From the NCBI GenBank assembly GCA_047601445.1, contig JASGJH010000001.1:1152001-1216000 (forward strand): 64,000 nt of DNA, read 5' to 3'. Positions 61,131 through 64,000 of the stretch are shown here, one piece after another. Made by a program: the position numbers and the translations under genes. This stretch comes from Myxococcales bacterium. GTDB taxonomy: Bacteria; Myxococcota_A; Polyangia; Polyangiales; DASUME01. Each line of letters starts with the position of its first letter. The first letter of the stretch is position 1. The notes under the pieces are model-generated. The model did no database searches, was not told the DNA's origin, and was given only the letters and a program-made list of their open reading frames with translations.

Positions 61131-62186
61131 GGAGAGTAGACGCCGGGATCGCTCCCGGGGCCCCTCGCAGAACCGTACGTGCGGCTTTCCCGCATACGGC
61201 TCCCAGCTCAGCGCATCCGCGTCGGGGAAGGGTACAGGTGATGGACGACTCGAGGCTTAGGGATGATGTATCCCTCTTTCCAAAGCTGCAGGAAGCGCGC
61301 CCATGAGAACGACTTGCGCTGACTCCGCCGATTCAGCCACTTAAACAGCAGTTTCGCCGCCTGTCGGAAGTAGGCCCGGAGCGATCCGGAGTTCCCGCTG
61401 ACGCCGTAGTACTGCTCGTAGCCGCGTAGGTGTTGCCGAGCGTAGTCGAGCATGGCGCGCCCACCATCGGTTCGCAGACTCTTCAACCGCTCCTTGAGCC
61501 CCTGCAGCTGCCGCCGCATTCGCTTCGCGTCCGTGCGCCGGCCGACCACGAACTGGCCGGCTTGGCTCTTGGCTGCGTAGTGAGTGAACCCGAGGAAGGT
61601 GAAGGTCTCTGGTCGTGTTCGATTTTCTCGGTGGCAGTGCTGTTGGGCGAAGCGCCCAAAGCGCAGCATCTTCGTCTTGGAGGGTTCAGCCTCCAGGGCG
61701 AACTGACCGAGTCGCGCCACAAGCTCCGAGTGGAACCGCGTCGCGTCTTCCTGCTTCTCGAAGCACGCCACGAAGTCGTCCGCGTAGCGGATGAGCTCGG
61801 CGTCTCCGGTGCAGGTCTTTCGAAAGCGTCCCTCGAACCACCAGTCGAGCACGTAGTGAAGGTAGATGTTCGCGAGCACGGGCGACACGAGTCCGCCTTG
61901 CGGCGTTCCCGTGTTCGTGATCTCGAACGCACCATCGTGCATGACGCCAGCTTTGAGAAACCGTCGCAGCGTCCGCACAAAGTGCGGGTCCGCAATCCGG
62001 TGCTCGAGAAATCGCAGCATGTGATCATGGTTGACCTCATTGAAGAAGCCTTTGATGTCGGCTTCGACGACCCAGCCGATTCTCTGTTACCCGGGCGCAC
62101 GCAAGGCTGGATACCGGGCTCCCGGCTACGGGCTTCCCGGGGAGGAGTCCCACCTCCTAGGCAAACATGTCTTAACCAGTCACTTC
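61131..62186 (-). mobile_element. Group II intron, internally deleted
   Basis: Domain V GAGCCGTATGCGGGAAAGCCGCACGTACGGTTC (61202-61170); DVI with bulged A ending CTACTCTCC; RT/X remnant; about 100 nt of DI-like 5' sequence (GGAGGTGGGACTCCTCC hairpin, CCTTGCGTG..GGGTAAC). The 5' boundary is inferred. Confidence 0.85.
61208..62086 (-). pseudogene. ltrA: Group II intron reverse transcriptase/maturase, 5'-truncated (RT3-7 plus X, no endonuclease)
   Basis: VVEADIKGFF, GTPQGGLVSPVLANIYLH, RYADD, FTFLGF, WLNRRSQ; in-frame TAA at 62089-62087; RT0-2 absent. Confidence 0.9.
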
Positions 62187-62209
62187 GCAGAAGATAGATT
62201 ATGTAAACC
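62182..62209 (+). other. dif: dif-like XerC/XerD recombination site
   Basis: ACTTCGCAGAA-GATAGA-TTATGTAAACC, an 11-6-11 layout resembling dif (E. coli GGTGCGCATAA-TGTATA-TTATGTTAAAT); AT-rich; inner XerC arm reads CAGAA instead of CATAA. Confidence 0.7.
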
Positions 62210-62349
62210 GACGGGGTCGGTAAAGGAAAGCCACGCCGGGCGCACGAAGCGCGAGCCTACGCTATTCGACCTAGTCCATCGTGCATGCGGCATCGGACTT
62301 CCGTCCCGTTGCGGCGAGTCATGTCGCCGATCCATGGTCGGCAGAGAAC

Positions 62350-62982
62350 ATGGCAAACTCGGAACAACCCACAAACCGTGATCTTGAAACCCTCACGACG
62401 CGGCTTGCGCACCTCGAACGGAGGGAGCGCAGACGTCGCAAGCGCGCGTGGACGCTCGCGGGGATAGCGGCACTCCTGTGCGCGGGACTCTGGGCAGATC
62501 GCGCGCTCTCGGAGCCCAACGCGCCCAACGCCAATCGCGGCCATGGCTGGCTCTACTACTTCAACGCTGGTAGCCCGGCGGTGGCCATTCATGTCAACAG
62601 CAACTTCGAGGAGCTCGCAAACAGGATCGATGGTCTCAGCGCAGCGCTGGCTGATACGAACAACGCCGTGAGCTCGCTCGGCGGCAGCCTGGCTGGAATC
62701 GGAGCTCGAACAGGCACGCTTGAGAGCTCCGTGGGTGGACTCTGGGGCCGGCTGAACGGGGGCCTGAAAATAGGCGAGCCCGTAAGGACGAATGGCCTGC
62801 ATGTAGCAGACCAGATCCGGCTGAAGCTCACAGGCGACAAGAGCTCATTTTGCGCGCTCGTCTACGCGAGAAACCTGAGTCAGCCAGACTCGCGTTGCTA
62901 CGTGTCACTCGAAGACGACGGTTGGTACGTCTATTCGAACTGGTACGCTGATTGCGAGGCTCGCTGCGTCTGGGGACCATGA
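62350..62982 (+). CDS. Hypothetical exported coiled-coil protein with a Cys-containing C-terminal domain
   Basis: TM/signal, FNAGSPAVAIHVNSNF motif, heptad repeats, terminal CEARC. Confidence 0.65.
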   Translation: MANSEQPTNRDLETLTTRLAHLERRERRRRKRAWTLAGIAALLCAGLWADRALSEPNAPNANRGHGWLYYFNAGSPAVAIHVNSNFEELANRIDGLSAALADTNNAVSSLGGSLAGIGARTGTLESSVGGLWGRLNGGLKIGEPVRTNGLHVADQIRLKLTGDKSSFCALVYARNLSQPDSRCYVSLEDDGWYVYSNWYADCEARCVWGP

Positions 62983-63022
62983 CCGTCGAGACCAACCGCG
63001 AACCAGTTGCACATAGTTTCAA

Positions 63023-63640
63023 TCACTTGGCCCGGCCGTCGGCCAGGCTCTCGTGTTCGCGCTCCTGGGTGAGACCGCGAGAGCTGGAGAGTTTGGCGTC
63101 CCCGTGCGGATTGGGCTCTGCCACCGAGTCGGCCTGGCTTCCGGTCGGGTCCGCGTCACTGAGCGCGCGACCCGTGGCTTGTGCCTCGGCGAGCGGCTTG
63201 GCGCTCCCGGGCCGTCCATCTGCCAACGTGTGTCCCGAGCCCAAATGAACCGGCGGCTTCGACGCGCTGTCGCCTGCTGACCAGCTCGCGAGGTTCGGCA
63301 GCTCCCGCTCGACGCGGCTCCGGGTCTCGTCGCTGCAAAGACCCATGACGGCCCGCCATGCCAGCTCGGCGTGCTCCTGGGCTCGGGCGCGCTCCACGTG
63401 GGCCGCGCGGGCCACGTCGGCGATCAAGCCGTCCAGCGTCGCGTCATGCGCACCGCTTGCGGGTCGGCACAGCCGTTGTGAAAGCTCGTTTGGAAGCTCA
63501 TCGCTCAGCGTCTCCTTCAGATGTTTCGGCAGGCGCCGGCCCAGCGCATCGAGCGTCGTCAGCAACGCGCGCTCGGCTTCGGCCCGGGGCCATGGGGCGC
63601 TTCGCTGCAAGTGATCCAAAAGTTGCGTATAGACCGTCAT
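63023..63640 (-). CDS. DUF2267-like protein
   Basis: EAERALLTTLDALGRRL..LSDELP; C-terminal TLADGRPGS..NPHGDAKLSS. Confidence 0.7.
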   Translation of the reverse strand: MTVYTQLLDHLQRSAPWPRAEAERALLTTLDALGRRLPKHLKETLSDELPNELSQRLCRPASGAHDATLDGLIADVARAAHVERARAQEHAELAWRAVMGLCSDETRSRVERELPNLASWSAGDSASKPPVHLGSGHTLADGRPGSAKPLAEAQATGRALSDADPTGSQADSVAEPNPHGDAKLSSSRGLTQEREHESLADGRAK

Positions 63641-63763
63641 CGCTTGGGTCCTCCAGCTAGATGGTGGGAACGGCGCGGGCCTACGAAAGTCCGTGGCGAG
63701 CTGCCTGAGTCTTGGCGTGAGCAGCGCTGCGTAGGGAGTGGCCCTCACGACGCAACTCGAGCC

Positions 63764-64000
63764 CTACTCCCCGTATTGCGCTGACTCCGCTGCATGGGGT
63801 CCCTGGCGCAGCGCGGCTAGCGGTTGGCTCGAGACCGCAAGAGCCATGGTGTTCTCGGGCTCCGAGCTCGGGCTCTCGGGTCTCCCGGGCTGGGACTGCT
63901 CCTGTTCCGGCTCGGGCTTGTGATCGTTGGGTTTGTATTTGCCGATCGGGATGTCTACCCCGAAGGACACGCTCCAGTTGCGGATGGCCTTCTGCGGGTT
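63764..64000 (-). CDS. C-terminal part of a CDS extending beyond the window
   Basis: Open frame to the window edge (..WSVSFGVDIPIG..) ending TAG at 63764. Confidence 0.45.
   Translation of the reverse strand, partial: NPQKAIRNWSVSFGVDIPIGKYKPNDHKPEPEQEQSQPGRPESPSSEPENTMALAVSSQPLAALRQGPHAAESAQYGE

Noticed and set aside
61208..62086. RT as a retron, DGR or defence-associated RT
   Set aside because: A maturase X domain and adjacent DV/DVI RNA identify it as a group II intron protein; no TR/VR pair or msr-msd seen.
62090..62100. GTGCGCCCGGG on the minus strand as the canonical intron 5' end
   Set aside because: It matches GUGYG, but intron-like DI features continue upstream to about 62186, and only that boundary restores the dif-like site and the 5-bp IS spacing. 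Not fully excluded.

Overview
High-GC bacterial window, probably Myxococcota/Polyangia-like. This is inferred from the Cys-rich 'CGDG..CDDGN' repeats, GD-repeat lipoproteins, ECF/anti-sigma cassettes and an ACF-type che operon. Left to right it holds: an arylsulfatase tail; an FAD monooxygenase/TetR pair; a phosphoethanolamine transferase; a 7-gene Wsp-like chemosensory operon; a porin; a FIST protein; a TetR/serine hydrolase pair; a dual-HTH LuxR regulator; membrane proteins; a GH19 chitinase; many lipoproteins; two 3-gene ECF cassettes; a frameshifted Cys-repeat metalloprotease; a cusCBA-like RND system; TetR/SDR; a DUF1254 pair; and a quinone-reductase-type dehydrogenase. The most unusual structure is at 61.07-62.21 kb. 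There an internally deleted group II intron sits inside the XerC arm of a dif-like site, and its 5' end regenerates that arm. Removing the intron in silico gives an IS1202-like terminal repeat, then 5 bp, then a complete 28-bp dif-like site. This suggests a dif-targeting retroelement stacked with a Xer-site-targeting IS end. Four apparent single-base frameshifts between 26 and 35 kb may be assembly errors. All product calls come from motif recognition by eye; no searches were run.
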